Of a stretch of 64,000 nucleotides of DNA, positions 1-9,598 are shown piece by piece. The stretch spans positions 14,804 to 78,803 of the forward strand of contig JASLYX010000005.1 of NCBI GenBank assembly GCA_030739585.1. The letters are read 5' to 3'. Numbering within the stretch: position 1 is the first letter of the stretch; each line of letters starts with the position of its first letter. The position numbers and the translations under genes were made by a program. The notes under the pieces were generated by a model. The model saw nothing but the letters and a program-made list of their open reading frames with translations, ran no database searches and was not told where the DNA came from. Source of the DNA: Candidatus Bathyarchaeota archaeon (GTDB lineage: Archaea > Thermoproteota > Bathyarchaeia > TCS64).

Positions 1-284
1 ATGAGGACCTAGGCTTAGCCGAGAGAGGCCAAGGAGCAGACCTTCTCCGGGAAGGGGAGACTGAAATTGGGGGCAGGATCCCAGTGAATGTAGACGGGGG
101 ACTTAAGGCAAAGGGTCACCCAGTCGGTGCCACCGGCTGTTCCATGATTTATGAACTCACCAAGCAGCTTAGAAACGAGGCCGATACCCGGAACCGGCAG
201 GTCCCTCTCAATAACAACCTAGCCCTTGCCCATAACGTGGGGGGCACGGGCCATTATTGCTATGTCACGATCCTGGAGAGGTGA
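1..284 (+). CDS. acetyl-CoA C-acetyltransferase (thiolase), C-terminal fragment; the gene begins upstream of the window
   Basis: Frame 3 is open from the window edge. It translates to ...[30 protein letters not shown]..., which matches the conserved C-terminal thiolase motif (GHPxGATG). The stop is TGA at 282-284. Confidence 0.8.
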   Translation, partial: EDLGLAERGQGADLLREGETEIGGRIPVNVDGGLKAKGHPVGATGCSMIYELTKQLRNEADTRNRQVPLNNNLALAHNVGGTGHYCYVTILER

Positions 285-721
285 CAAAAGTGTGGAATAG
301 CTGGCCATCGATAAAATCCAAACCACTAAACTTAGAGTTCACTATACCCACCGACAAGATCCATAAGTTCTGGAACTATCTCGAGGCAGGGGAATTTAGG
401 ACAACACGCTGCAAGTCATGCGGTTCCCTCACATTTCCTCCCGTAGGAGACTGCCTCAAGTGCACAGACTCGGACATAGAGTGGGTGGAGCTTGATGGCA
501 GGGGAGAAGTGGTGGCATTCACACACGTAATTGCCCGTCCCGTCTCCTTCCAGGAACATCCCCCGTACACTATCGTCATTGTGGATCTTGTTGAATGCCT
601 CAAGGTTCTAGCTTGGATGGAGAGGAGCGAGATCACCGAGGTGAAGGTTGGAATGGACGTCCGTCTGGTGGCTGGGATGACCGTAGACGGGGAGCCTTCC
701 TACTGGTTTGTCCCCAGATAG
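281..721 (+). CDS. DUF35-family Zn-ribbon/OB-fold protein (thiolase-associated scaffold protein)
   Basis: A CxxC...CxxC zinc ribbon (RCKSCGS...CLKCTDSD) is followed by an OB-fold-like C-terminus. The GTG at 281 overlaps the thiolase TGA as GTGA. The start is uncertain: the ORF track opens at 257. Confidence 0.65.
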   Translation: MTKVWNSWPSIKSKPLNLEFTIPTDKIHKFWNYLEAGEFRTTRCKSCGSLTFPPVGDCLKCTDSDIEWVELDGRGEVVAFTHVIARPVSFQEHPPYTIVIVDLVECLKVLAWMERSEITEVKVGMDVRLVAGMTVDGEPSYWFVPR

Positions 722-1002
722 TCAAAAGTTTTTTTCATTGCATCTTAAAAATATCTCCCAGGATTAATCTAGGGATTAATAGGTCTGTGGCCCAGAAATA
801 TGGGCCACGGGATAAGAGCGCTTTTGGTTTTGCCCGCTTAGGGGTTACTCTATTTGACCTAGCCAAGAGGTTATTAAAAAGGCTGTGGACAGTAGAAGCT
901 GGAGTCTCGATAAGTTCGCGGAAAAGAAGATTATACGGAGGAGGCCAAGCGTGAAAACAAAACTTGTCCATTACACCCTAGCACTTAATGTGCCCCACCG
1001 CT

Positions 1003-2544
1003 TTACGTTTGTAAGCTTGTCTTCAGACCCAGAAAGATGTTTTTCTTCCTCTCCATGTCTTTATACATGTAGATTATGAAGACTGCATAGGCTCCACCGA
1101 TGAGGAGGCTAAGCCCCAGATTCTCTGGTCCCAATCCCTCTATTAGGTATCCTAGGGACAGGAGGAGACTCGTGAAAAGATGAGTAATTATTGTCAGGAT
1201 ATTTGCGGGGACGAGGTCGAAGGACTTTGAATGATACCGGGTTGCATATCCCACTGCTTTAACCGCAAAAGGGATGGTAAGGAAACCGAGCGAGGCATAA
1301 ATTGGAAGAATTTGATACAACAAAGCCAATGCCAGAGCTCCATATGTCCCTATGAACATCATCATGAATCCGAAAACTGCTCTGTTCCTGCCCAGCCGTA
1401 CAACTAGGGTGTCCTTTCCTACTGCCTTGTCAGCGACGTAGTCGGGGAACTCGTTAATGTAAAGGACGGCGGCGATAAGGAGCGAGACGGGGATGGATGC
1501 CACTAACGGCTCAACCGCCAGAGTCCCAGTCTGAACGTAGTAAGATCCAAGGACCATCAAGACTCCAAAGTTTAACCCGACAACAGCCTCTCCGATACCC
1601 CTGCTGGCGAGGTTCAGTGGTGGGGCCGTATAGAAGTAACCCGAGAAGACGCCTATGATGCCCAGGACAAGGATCGTATACCCGATTTTCCAGGATAGAA
1701 AAAGCCCTATGCCAGTGGCTAATGCGAAGAGGGCTAAGGCTCCGGAGAGAACTTCAAGGGGTGTTAAGAGCCCCAACTGGATCATTCGACTCCCTCCACT
1801 GAAAGGCCTGACGTACTCCCTGTTCACGTTGTCGTTGCCACTTTTATAGTCATAATAGTCATTGATCACGTTGGATCCGGCTTGGACCGCCAGTCCCCCG
1901 ATTAGGGTCAAGATGAAATAGGTTAGGTTGAATGCGCCATTCCGCATCCAGGCGATGGATGCTCCTAATATGATAGGGACTATGACGGAAACTAGACTCA
2001 GGAACCTTAGTGCAGTTGTCCAGTGTCTGAGCTTACTCCTTAGCTGACTGCATTCGTTTGATTCAACCACATTCTCGCTGAATTCAAGCACCGTGGGCGG
2101 CTGTCCTTGGACGATTTCCCCAAAGATGCGGTATTTGAGCAGTAGGGGGACCACCTTGATGCAGTCTAATAGGTCCAAGCTTTCTGTCTGTTTTAGATAT
2201 CCCACTACGGGGGACCTCCCTGCTAGAGCCTTGAAAGCCTCATTTTTCTCAGATCCATCTTTCAAAAGGTAGGCCTTTCCCGTTACCTCGACTTCAGCAG
2301 ATTCGTTAATGTTCTCCCCTTGATTCAGAATCAAAAGGGATAACGTGGGGTTCTCAGTGATCTGGAGGGTCTTAGGGTCTCCCTTCATAGAGGCGAGATA
2401 AATGTTGAAGGATTCATCATTCCAGTAATGCATCATCCTTGACCTGATCTCAGAGCCAGCAGCCGTAGAAACAAAAGCGGTATTCACAACATCCATCGTA
2501 GATAAAATTTCATCATGATTATGTAACTCTGTCAAATCCAACAC
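1003..2544 (-). CDS. UbiA-family (MenA/DGGGPS-like) membrane prenyltransferase fused to an N-terminal PNPOx-like split-barrel domain
   Basis: The C-terminal ~330 aa are polytopic and carry NDYYDYKSGND (the NDxxDxxxD motif) plus a second YINEFPDYVADKAVGKDTL motif. The N-terminal ~170 aa resemble the pyridoxamine 5'-phosphate oxidase / general stress protein 26 fold. Confidence 0.6.
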   Translation of the reverse strand: MLDLTELHNHDEILSTMDVVNTAFVSTAAGSEIRSRMMHYWNDESFNIYLASMKGDPKTLQITENPTLSLLILNQGENINESAEVEVTGKAYLLKDGSEKNEAFKALAGRSPVVGYLKQTESLDLLDCIKVVPLLLKYRIFGEIVQGQPPTVLEFSENVVESNECSQLRSKLRHWTTALRFLSLVSVIVPIILGASIAWMRNGAFNLTYFILTLIGGLAVQAGSNVINDYYDYKSGNDNVNREYVRPFSGGSRMIQLGLLTPLEVLSGALALFALATGIGLFLSWKIGYTILVLGIIGVFSGYFYTAPPLNLASRGIGEAVVGLNFGVLMVLGSYYVQTGTLAVEPLVASIPVSLLIAAVLYINEFPDYVADKAVGKDTLVVRLGRNRAVFGFMMMFIGTYGALALALLYQILPIYASLGFLTIPFAVKAVGYATRYHSKSFDLVPANILTIITHLFTSLLLSLGYLIEGLGPENLGLSLLIGGAYAVFIIYMYKDMERKKNIFLGLKTSLQT

Positions 2545-2865
2545 ACCAGTAATTATCCACCCAAACCTGTTTAAACTAATAAACTTCGCGCATTTGGATA
2601 ATGTGAGCTGATGTTAGAATTCGAATGTATGGTAGATTACTGATCGGCTCGCATACAGCATCAAATACACTGAGATCTTAGATGTCGTGAACCATCTGAC
2701 TATGCACAAAGATTTGGGTTATATGTGGCTGGAGAATAAAACTAATCTGATGAAGGGGCTCGTCCCTCGGGGTAACTTGAACAAGGAAGTAACGGACGTC
2801 GTCGGCATCAACCGTCAGCCCCTTTAAAGAGGGTCGGGATGGAATAAAAATCCTCGTTTCCTAAA

Positions 2866-3843
2866 TTATCTCTCAGAGTAGAAGGGGGGTTTCGGAGCCC
2901 ACTCTCCGTAGTCCCCCTCTCTGAGTAGGGGCTTGTTTGCAGGCCACATTTTGGCGTCAAGGTAGGTGTAGCACTCGGTTCTTACCTGCTGGAGCATGTT
3001 GTGGAGCTTTGTCTTCTTCCGATAATCCCTGAGCTCGTCGACGTCGATAGTGGCTCCGATGGTCATCTGACGCCCCTTTGCTGCCTGGGCCAAGGTTCTC
3101 CCTAGGTAGTCTACAATCATGCTGAGACCGTACTTTGCCCCGTTGCAGTTTATCCCGTAGAGCATGTTCTCGATGGATCGCATTCTGTTCACTATGGTGT
3201 ACCAATCATAGGGATCGAACATGAACTGCTGTGGATAGGGGGGAAATATGGTAGGCTTAAGGAGGACCTCTGCCCCGTTAAACGCGAGCTGTCGGGCAAC
3301 CTCAGGAAAGAACTGATCGTAGCAGATTTGGCAGGCCAGATTTCCCAGCTCCGTTTCTACCACTGGAAACAGGGGGGCCCTGTAGTCGTCGAGAACGTCG
3401 TGGGGGCTTGTGGAGAGCTCAAGGGGGATCCAAGGGTTCACTTTGCGGTACTTGAGGATGATCCGGCCCTTAGGGTTCATAATGAAAGCTGTGTTGAAAA
3501 AGTAGTTGGGGTGTTCCGGGTCCCTCTCGTGGATTGATGCAGAGACATATGTATTATGCTTTTTCGCCTTCTCTGCGATCTTATCTGTTTCATCCCCAGG
3601 CACTAGCACAGCGGTTTTGACCCGTTCCTCCTGGCTTGAGCATTGGGTGTCGAACTCATGCCTCAAGATATTCTCCGGGAGAACAGCGAGCCTGACCGGA
3701 AGGATCTGGTCCCAGGTTTCGAGGCTCTCAAAGGTCTCTAGGACATTCTTCAGGTTTTCATTCCCCCGTTTCTTGACGTCGGGAATCTCCTCTGGGTTGA
3801 TCCTCTTGAACTGGATGATCGCCGCTGTGTATCTGTCAATCAA
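2866..3843 (-). CDS. carbon-nitrogen hydrolase (nitrilase superfamily; aliphatic amidase/formamidase-like)
   Basis: Candidate catalytic Cys in CYDQFFPE, in a context that fits the E-K-C triad of the nitrilase fold; 325 aa. Confidence 0.7.
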   Translation of the reverse strand: MIDRYTAAIIQFKRINPEEIPDVKKRGNENLKNVLETFESLETWDQILPVRLAVLPENILRHEFDTQCSSQEERVKTAVLVPGDETDKIAEKAKKHNTYVSASIHERDPEHPNYFFNTAFIMNPKGRIILKYRKVNPWIPLELSTSPHDVLDDYRAPLFPVVETELGNLACQICYDQFFPEVARQLAFNGAEVLLKPTIFPPYPQQFMFDPYDWYTIVNRMRSIENMLYGINCNGAKYGLSMIVDYLGRTLAQAAKGRQMTIGATIDVDELRDYRKKTKLHNMLQQVRTECYTYLDAKMWPANKPLLREGDYGEWAPKPPFYSER

Positions 3844-4209
3844 ACAAATTTACCTTCAAGATCTCCGTGAAGCAGAGGACCTCGGTGTCTATGGGTCTTA
3901 TACCTCCATCATTACTTCACGCTTTACTTTGAATCCCATTTTGATTATAAATCTACGTGCTCTGCTATTCTGTTGCATCTTTATCTCAAATTCTGGCTTG
4001 GCTCCTGATGGGAGGGGCCTGGGCAATCTTCTCTTCTAGGGATAAAATATCACTAACGCATCTATATTCTCAACTGAGATCTCCCGCTGGAGCCTAAAGA
4101 TCTACCTCCTATATCCTGCGCGCGGTGTTCAAACAAATGTCTAAGTGAGGGTATGCTGCTACTTGACTTTCGCGATAATACCAACTTGCTTTTCTATCCC
4201 TCCGTGAGA

Positions 4210-5322
4210 TTACAGGACCTTGGCAATAATCTCCGCAATGTCCATGACCTTAACGGAGTGGTCAAGTCCCGACGTCAGCACCGCATCTTCCAGAGTGGAT
4301 AGGCAGAAGGGACAAGCCGTTGCAATTATCTCTGCCCCCACCTCGACGGCGCCCCTTATCCTCCTCTCAGCAAGTCTTTCCCCTGGTATATCTACCAAAA
4401 TCCTTCCACCCCCTCCCTCGCAGCAGAGCCCCCTCTCCCTAGATCTATCCAGCTCTAGAAAGTTCAACCCCGGCACGGCCTTCAATACTTTTCGGGGATC
4501 TTCATAGATCCCGTTTTGCCTCCCTAGGAAGCACGGGTCGTGGTAAGTAACGGTCTTTTGGAAACTTCTAGAAAACCTGAGCTTCCCTTTGTCAATAAGG
4601 GTTGCGAGGAGCTGAGTGTAGTGCTGCGCCTCAAAGCTGGGGTTGCCGTACCTATTCTTGAACATGTTGAAGCAGTGGGGGGAGGTGGTGACCATACTTT
4701 TGACGCCGCGCTCCTCAAATAGTTCGGTGTTGTCTTCAACGACCATCTCAAAGAGACCCTTCTCCCCCATCCCGTAGACGGTGTCCCCGCAGCAGGTCTC
4801 CTTATCCCCCAAGGTACCATAGTCAACCCCCGCCGAGGAGAATATACTCACAAGGGCCTTTGCTGTCTTCTGACCCCGAGGATCGTAGGCTGGGGTGCAT
4901 CCTACATAGTAAAGGAACTCGGTTTCCTTCTTGAACTCAGGGACGTCAAGACTTTCCTCCCATTCGGAACGCTTTGCCCTCCCTCTACTCCAGGGGTTCC
5001 CATGCTTAAAGACACTCTCCAGTGCGTCCCTCACCGTCGATGAGACCATTCCCCCCTCTACGGCGAGCCCTCGCATCTCCAATATGACCTTATATGGGCT
5101 GAGCTCCTTAGGGCATCGGGCCTCGCAGGCGGAGCAGGTGGTGCAGCTCCAGAGGACATCCTCGGGTGGGATCTCAACTCTCCTGTTGAGATTAATCTCC
5201 CGCATCAGCTGTCTGATGTTGAGACCCGCCTTAGCAGACACAGGACAGCTCCCTGTGCAGACCCCACATTGTATGCACTTGAAAAGCTTGAACTCATGGA
5301 TGAATTTCTGGGCTTCCGCCAT
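4210..5322 (-). CDS. HdrD/GlcF/GlpC-like Fe-S oxidoreductase (2x[4Fe-4S] plus two CCG domains)
   Basis: CIQCGVCTGSCP and CTTCSACEARCP ferredoxin motifs, with CCG-type cysteine patterns (HDPCF..., CPFC). The start is placed at the ATG at 5322 (MAEAQKF...), because the longer ORF would overlap the divergent hdrA gene. Confidence 0.7.
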   Translation of the reverse strand: MAEAQKFIHEFKLFKCIQCGVCTGSCPVSAKAGLNIRQLMREINLNRRVEIPPEDVLWSCTTCSACEARCPKELSPYKVILEMRGLAVEGGMVSSTVRDALESVFKHGNPWSRGRAKRSEWEESLDVPEFKKETEFLYYVGCTPAYDPRGQKTAKALVSIFSSAGVDYGTLGDKETCCGDTVYGMGEKGLFEMVVEDNTELFEERGVKSMVTTSPHCFNMFKNRYGNPSFEAQHYTQLLATLIDKGKLRFSRSFQKTVTYHDPCFLGRQNGIYEDPRKVLKAVPGLNFLELDRSRERGLCCEGGGGRILVDIPGERLAERRIRGAVEVGAEIIATACPFCLSTLEDAVLTSGLDHSVKVMDIAEIIAKVL

Positions 5323-5415
5323 CTCCTCTAACTCAAGGATGACTTGATTTAATTCTTGTTGCAGGCTTTCACATGAATGTTTTATAGTGTTAGTTACCGA
5401 GACCAAAGGATAACG

Positions 5416-7785
5416 ATGGCCGCGGAATCTAAGGTTGGGGTTTACCTCTGCGAGTGCGGGGGAAACATCAGTGATGTTGTGGACGTCGAGGAGATCCGGA
5501 ACCATGTTAGGGAGTGGGACAATATCGCGGCCATAAGGAAGGATAACTACCTCTGCTCCAAGCCGGCCCAGGAAACAATTCTAGCAGACATCGAGAGGCA
5601 TGGGCTTGACAGGGTCGTAGTAGCCGCCTGCACTCCCCGGATGCACCTTCATACGTTCCAAGAGGTCCTGAAGAGAGCAGGTCTCAATCCCTACCTCTTA
5701 GAGTTCTCCAATATCCGGGAGCAGTGTAGCTGGGTCCATGGACCCCACTTATCCGAGGTGGCTACCCGTAAGGCAGAGCGAATCATACGAGGGAGCTATG
5801 AGAGGAGCCTCTACCTGGATCCTCTCGAGGAAACTAGTGAAGGAGCCTCTGAGGAGGTCTTAGTAATAGGGGGGGGCATCGCCGGGATCACTGCTAGCCT
5901 CGAGCTCGAGGCGCAGGGCCGGATGGTCCACCTCGTGGAGAGAGAGCCTAGCATCGGGGGGCATGCCGCGAGACTCACCAAGGTCTTTCCTACTATGGAT
6001 TGTGCTCAGTGTATTATAACCCCCAGGATCGCCGAGGTGGGAAGGAAGGCTAGAATTAACCTCCTCTCCTATTCTGAAGTGCAGTCCGTCTCAGGTCGCC
6101 CTGGGAACTACTCTGTCACCGTCCAAAGGAAGCCCCGTGGAGTAGACCCCGAGCTTTGTACAGCATGTTCTATCTGCGCCCGGGTATGCCCTGTAAAGGT
6201 CCCTAACGAGTATAACGAGGGGCGATCAGAACGACCCGCGGTATACCTTCAATTCCCTCAGGCGGTACCCTCTATATACACCATCGACTTTAACCACTGC
6301 ACCAGATGCGGCTTATGCGCCGATAAATGCCCAAGTGACGCCATCCGTCTTGACGACGAGGGCGCCCTCATGACCTTCGAGGTGGGGAGCATCGTATTTG
6401 CCACGGGCTTCAGGCAATATCCCGCCGCCGACCTTGCCGAGTACGGCTACGGAGTCTATTCTGACGTCATTACGATGCTTGAGCTGGAGCGCCTCACAAA
6501 TCTTACTGGACCCACCAGGGGCCGGATGACCCGGTTCAGCAACGGTGAGGATGCCACAAAGATTGCAATGGTGCTCTGCGCGGGATCCCGTGATAAAAAC
6601 CGGTACATCCCCTACTGCAGCCGGATTTGCTGTATGTATAGCATTAAGCAGGCTATAATGCTCCGGGAAATGCTGGGAAAGGAGGTCTGGGTTTATTATA
6701 CTGATATCCGCGCTGCAGGCAGGGGCTATGAGGAGCTCTATTGGAGGGCACAGAAGGCGGGGGTCATTTTCGTCAGGGGGAAGGCCAGCGAGGTATGGAG
6801 GAACAGCGGCTCAGGGAGGCTAGTGGTTCGAGCAGAGGATACCCTCACCGGAAGAGTCTTGGAGGAGGAGTTTGATACGATAGCCCTCGCCGTCGCGATG
6901 ATCCCTCCAAAAGGTCTAGAAGAGCTCGCCCAAGCGGCCTCTATCCCTTTAGGGGAAGACGGCTTTGTCCAGGAAAAGCACCCCAAACTCGATCCCATCG
7001 AGTCCCTGAAGACCGGGATATATGCGTGCGGATGTTCCTTGGGCCCCAAGGACCTGAGGGATACAGTCACTGACAGCCTCGGAGTGGCTGCCAAAGTTGT
7101 TACCTTCCTGGGGAAAGGGAGGGTCTTTGCGAGCCCCGAGAAGGCCTACGTGGACCCGGGAACCTGCGACGGATGCGGCGATTGCGTCCCTGTCTGCCCC
7201 GTCGCCGCAATAATCCTTGAGGACAGGAAGGCTGAGATCGATCCCTTCATTTGCAACGGCTGCGGGGGGTGCGTCCCTATCTGCCCACATGAAGCCATCG
7301 ACTTCAAGAACTCGACGAGGGCTCAGCTCCGGGCTACCCTTAGGGGAGGCCTGATGGATAAGGAGGAGGGAGAGTTGAGGCTCATCGCCTTTGTTGAGAA
7401 GACCATCGGGTACACTGGTGTAGACTTCCTTGGCCTCGACAGGGCCCAATATCCCGAGAGCGTAACAGTAGTCCAAGTACCTACCACCGCATTCCTTAGC
7501 ATAGGCCATATCTTAGATGCCTTCTCCGCAGGAGCTGACGGGGTTATCCTTATTGAGGGAACTAAGGCCATTGACGAGGACTTCATGAAGAAGCGAATAG
7601 AAGCGTTTGGGGACGAATTAGAGGACATAGGGGTCGACGGGATGCGCCTTTATTACAGCCTCATTCAGCTCCCAGCCTACAAAAACATTGCCCGAATTTT
7701 TGAGAATCACCATTCTACTATTAAAGATCTGGGTCCTCTAAATCTAGATGAGCTTAAGGCTGTAAGATCTCGCCTTGGAATTTAG
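5416..7785 (+). CDS. hdrA: heterodisulfide reductase subunit A-like flavoprotein with fused C-terminal MvhD-like domain
   Basis: N-terminal VGVYLCECGGNISDVVDVEEI; FAD-binding VLVIGGGIAGITASLE; several CxxCxxCxxxCP clusters; and a C-terminal MvhD-like segment (IAFVEKTIGYTGVDFLG...VVQVPTTAF). Confidence 0.8.
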   Translation: MAAESKVGVYLCECGGNISDVVDVEEIRNHVREWDNIAAIRKDNYLCSKPAQETILADIERHGLDRVVVAACTPRMHLHTFQEVLKRAGLNPYLLEFSNIREQCSWVHGPHLSEVATRKAERIIRGSYERSLYLDPLEETSEGASEEVLVIGGGIAGITASLELEAQGRMVHLVEREPSIGGHAARLTKVFPTMDCAQCIITPRIAEVGRKARINLLSYSEVQSVSGRPGNYSVTVQRKPRGVDPELCTACSICARVCPVKVPNEYNEGRSERPAVYLQFPQAVPSIYTIDFNHCTRCGLCADKCPSDAIRLDDEGALMTFEVGSIVFATGFRQYPAADLAEYGYGVYSDVITMLELERLTNLTGPTRGRMTRFSNGEDATKIAMVLCAGSRDKNRYIPYCSRICCMYSIKQAIMLREMLGKEVWVYYTDIRAAGRGYEELYWRAQKAGVIFVRGKASEVWRNSGSGRLVVRAEDTLTGRVLEEEFDTIALAVAMIPPKGLEELAQAASIPLGEDGFVQEKHPKLDPIESLKTGIYACGCSLGPKDLRDTVTDSLGVAAKVVTFLGKGRVFASPEKAYVDPGTCDGCGDCVPVCPVAAIILEDRKAEIDPFICNGCGGCVPICPHEAIDFKNSTRAQLRATLRGGLMDKEEGELRLIAFVEKTIGYTGVDFLGLDRAQYPESVTVVQVPTTAFLSIGHILDAFSAGADGVILIEGTKAIDEDFMKKRIEAFGDELEDIGVDGMRLYYSLIQLPAYKNIARIFENHHSTIKDLGPLNLDELKAVRSRLGI

Positions 7786-7837
7786 CTCTTTTATATTGAG
7801 AAAGATATACCTCGTTCGGGTGTTTTGATTAGAGATC

Positions 7838-8617
7838 GTGGTCTGCGTCAAACAGGTCCCGGTCACCGCCGAGGTGGACCTCTTGGTGGACGAATCCGGA
7901 AGGAGGATTGATTCCCGTGGCCTCGTCATGGAGATGAACGAGTGGGATGAGTACGCTATTGAGGAAGCTCTTCTCATCAAGGAGAGGATCGGGGGCACTG
8001 TTACTGCCATCACCATGGGTCCCATGAGCTCAGACTCTATTCTGAGGCGCTGTCTAGCCAAGGGAGCCGATCACGCCATCCTCCTTAGAGACGAGGCCTT
8101 TGAAGGGTCCGATGCCTACGCCACAGCAAAGACCCTCCATGCGGCGATCAGTGGCCTCGAATACGACCTTGTGTTCACCGGGGCCCGATCGGGGGATCAC
8201 AACTACTCCGCCGTGGGGGGCATCCTTGCAGCACTCCTTGGGGTTGCCCACGCGCAACTGGTAAAGAAGGTCAAAGTCGTGAATAGGTCGCTTATAGTCC
8301 ACCGGGAGCTAGAGGAGGGCCTCGAAGAGGCCCTTGAGCTGCCTATGCCTGCTCTCCTCGGGATCCAAACAGGGATTAACGAGCCCCGGTACGTCTCCAT
8401 CATGGGGATCAGGAAAGCAAGGAAGAAAGAGCTCACGGTCATGGACCTCAATAACCTCCGCCTCAATAGGGAAGAGGTCGGGGAGACGGGTTCCTGGCTG
8501 AAAGTCCAGCGAATCTACGCGCCCCTCATAGAGAAAGAGACTGAGATCATCACCGGGAGTCCAGAAGATGTAGTAGGGAGGCTTGTCGAGGTTTTCAAGT
8601 ACAGGGGGCTGATCTAG
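7838..8617 (+). CDS. etfB: electron transfer flavoprotein beta subunit
   Basis: VVCVKQVPV N-terminus and an EtfB-like body; GTG start with an in-frame TGA immediately upstream. Confidence 0.85.
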   Translation: MVCVKQVPVTAEVDLLVDESGRRIDSRGLVMEMNEWDEYAIEEALLIKERIGGTVTAITMGPMSSDSILRRCLAKGADHAILLRDEAFEGSDAYATAKTLHAAISGLEYDLVFTGARSGDHNYSAVGGILAALLGVAHAQLVKKVKVVNRSLIVHRELEEGLEEALELPMPALLGIQTGINEPRYVSIMGIRKARKKELTVMDLNNLRLNREEVGETGSWLKVQRIYAPLIEKETEIITGSPEDVVGRLVEVFKYRGLI

Positions 8618-9598
8618 CTGGTAGGCATTCTCATATTAGCAGAACACAGGAAGGGGTGCCTCAGGGAAATCACCTATGAGCTTCTCGCTAAAGGCATGAT
8701 GGTCGCCAAATCACGAGGGCTAGAGCTGTCAGTCATACTTCTTGGATCTGGATGCTCAGAGCTCGCAGGTGAACTCGCTTATCACGCGGACAAAGTCATC
8801 GTCGTGAACCACCCGAACCTTGCTGAGTTTAACGCCGAGGCGTACAGGAAGGTTCTCGTTAGTTTTATCGCCAATAGGATACCTCGCCTCACCCTTATCG
8901 GCCACACCTCCTGCGGCCTAGATCTCGCCCCAGCCCTTGCGATAGAGTTGGGTATCCCTCTTGCTACAGACTGTATTGATCTGAGGCTGGATGGGAGGAG
9001 TCTCATCGTCACCCGCCAGGTCTACGGGGGAAAACTGAACATTGAAGGGGTTCTTAAGGAAGCGGATAATTATGTCGCCACCATTCGCCCTGTGACCTTC
9101 AAACCAGGGGAGCCCCGGACTCGGCCGGGGGAGATAATTTCTCTGGAATATCCCAAGGATATCAAGCTTGGGACCCGCTTCATAGGCTTCGTGGAACCTC
9201 CTCCGGGGGAGGTGGACATCACAGATGCAGAGGTCATTGTTTCTGTTGGAAGGGGCATCAAAGAGGAGAAGAACATCTCTATAGCCAAGAAGCTCGCCGA
9301 GGCATTGAAGGGGGAGCTGGGGTGCTCAAGACCAGTAGTGGACAAGGGATGGCTTCCTAAGGAGCGGCAAGTAGGATCCTCTGGAAAGACAGTGAAACCT
9401 AAGCTCTACATCGCCTCAGGGATAAGCGGAAGCTTTCAACACATGATGGGAATGAAGAACTCAGAGCTCATCGTCGCAGTTAACAGGGACCCAAAGGCAC
9501 CCATTTTCAGCATAGCCGACTACGGTGTGGTGGACGACCTTTTCATGGTGCTTCCTGCGCTGACAAAGAAAATATCTAACCTCAAAGGGTCCGAGTAG
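8618..9598 (+). CDS. etfA: electron transfer flavoprotein alpha subunit (start codon unresolved)
   Basis: EtfA body with an FAD-binding C-terminus. The conserved N-terminal motif ILILAEHRKGCLREITYELL lies upstream of the first ATG (8696) and is in frame with etfB. Confidence 0.75.
   Translation: MVGILILAEHRKGCLREITYELLAKGMMVAKSRGLELSVILLGSGCSELAGELAYHADKVIVVNHPNLAEFNAEAYRKVLVSFIANRIPRLTLIGHTSCGLDLAPALAIELGIPLATDCIDLRLDGRSLIVTRQVYGGKLNIEGVLKEADNYVATIRPVTFKPGEPRTRPGEIISLEYPKDIKLGTRFIGFVEPPPGEVDITDAEVIVSVGRGIKEEKNISIAKKLAEALKGELGCSRPVVDKGWLPKERQVGSSGKTVKPKLYIASGISGSFQHMMGMKNSELIVAVNRDPKAPIFSIADYGVVDDLFMVLPALTKKISNLKGSE

Noticed and set aside
376-954. ORFs 376-636 (minus) and 595-954 (plus) overlapping the DUF35 gene.
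   Set aside because: They are antisense or overlapping frames of a motif-supported gene, and no independent support was found.
3506-4039. 177-aa plus-strand ORF spanning the amidase 5' end and the downstream intergenic region.
   Set aside because: It overlaps the strongly supported amidase gene on the opposite strand, has no motifs and has atypical composition.
8615-8617. Possibility that TAG is recoded (for example as pyrrolysine), which would make etfB-etfA a single readthrough product genome-wide.
   Set aside because: TAG ends several well-defined genes in this window (hdrA at 7783-7785 and the DUF35 gene at 719-721), and no pyl genes are present. The anomaly is kept as a local finding only.
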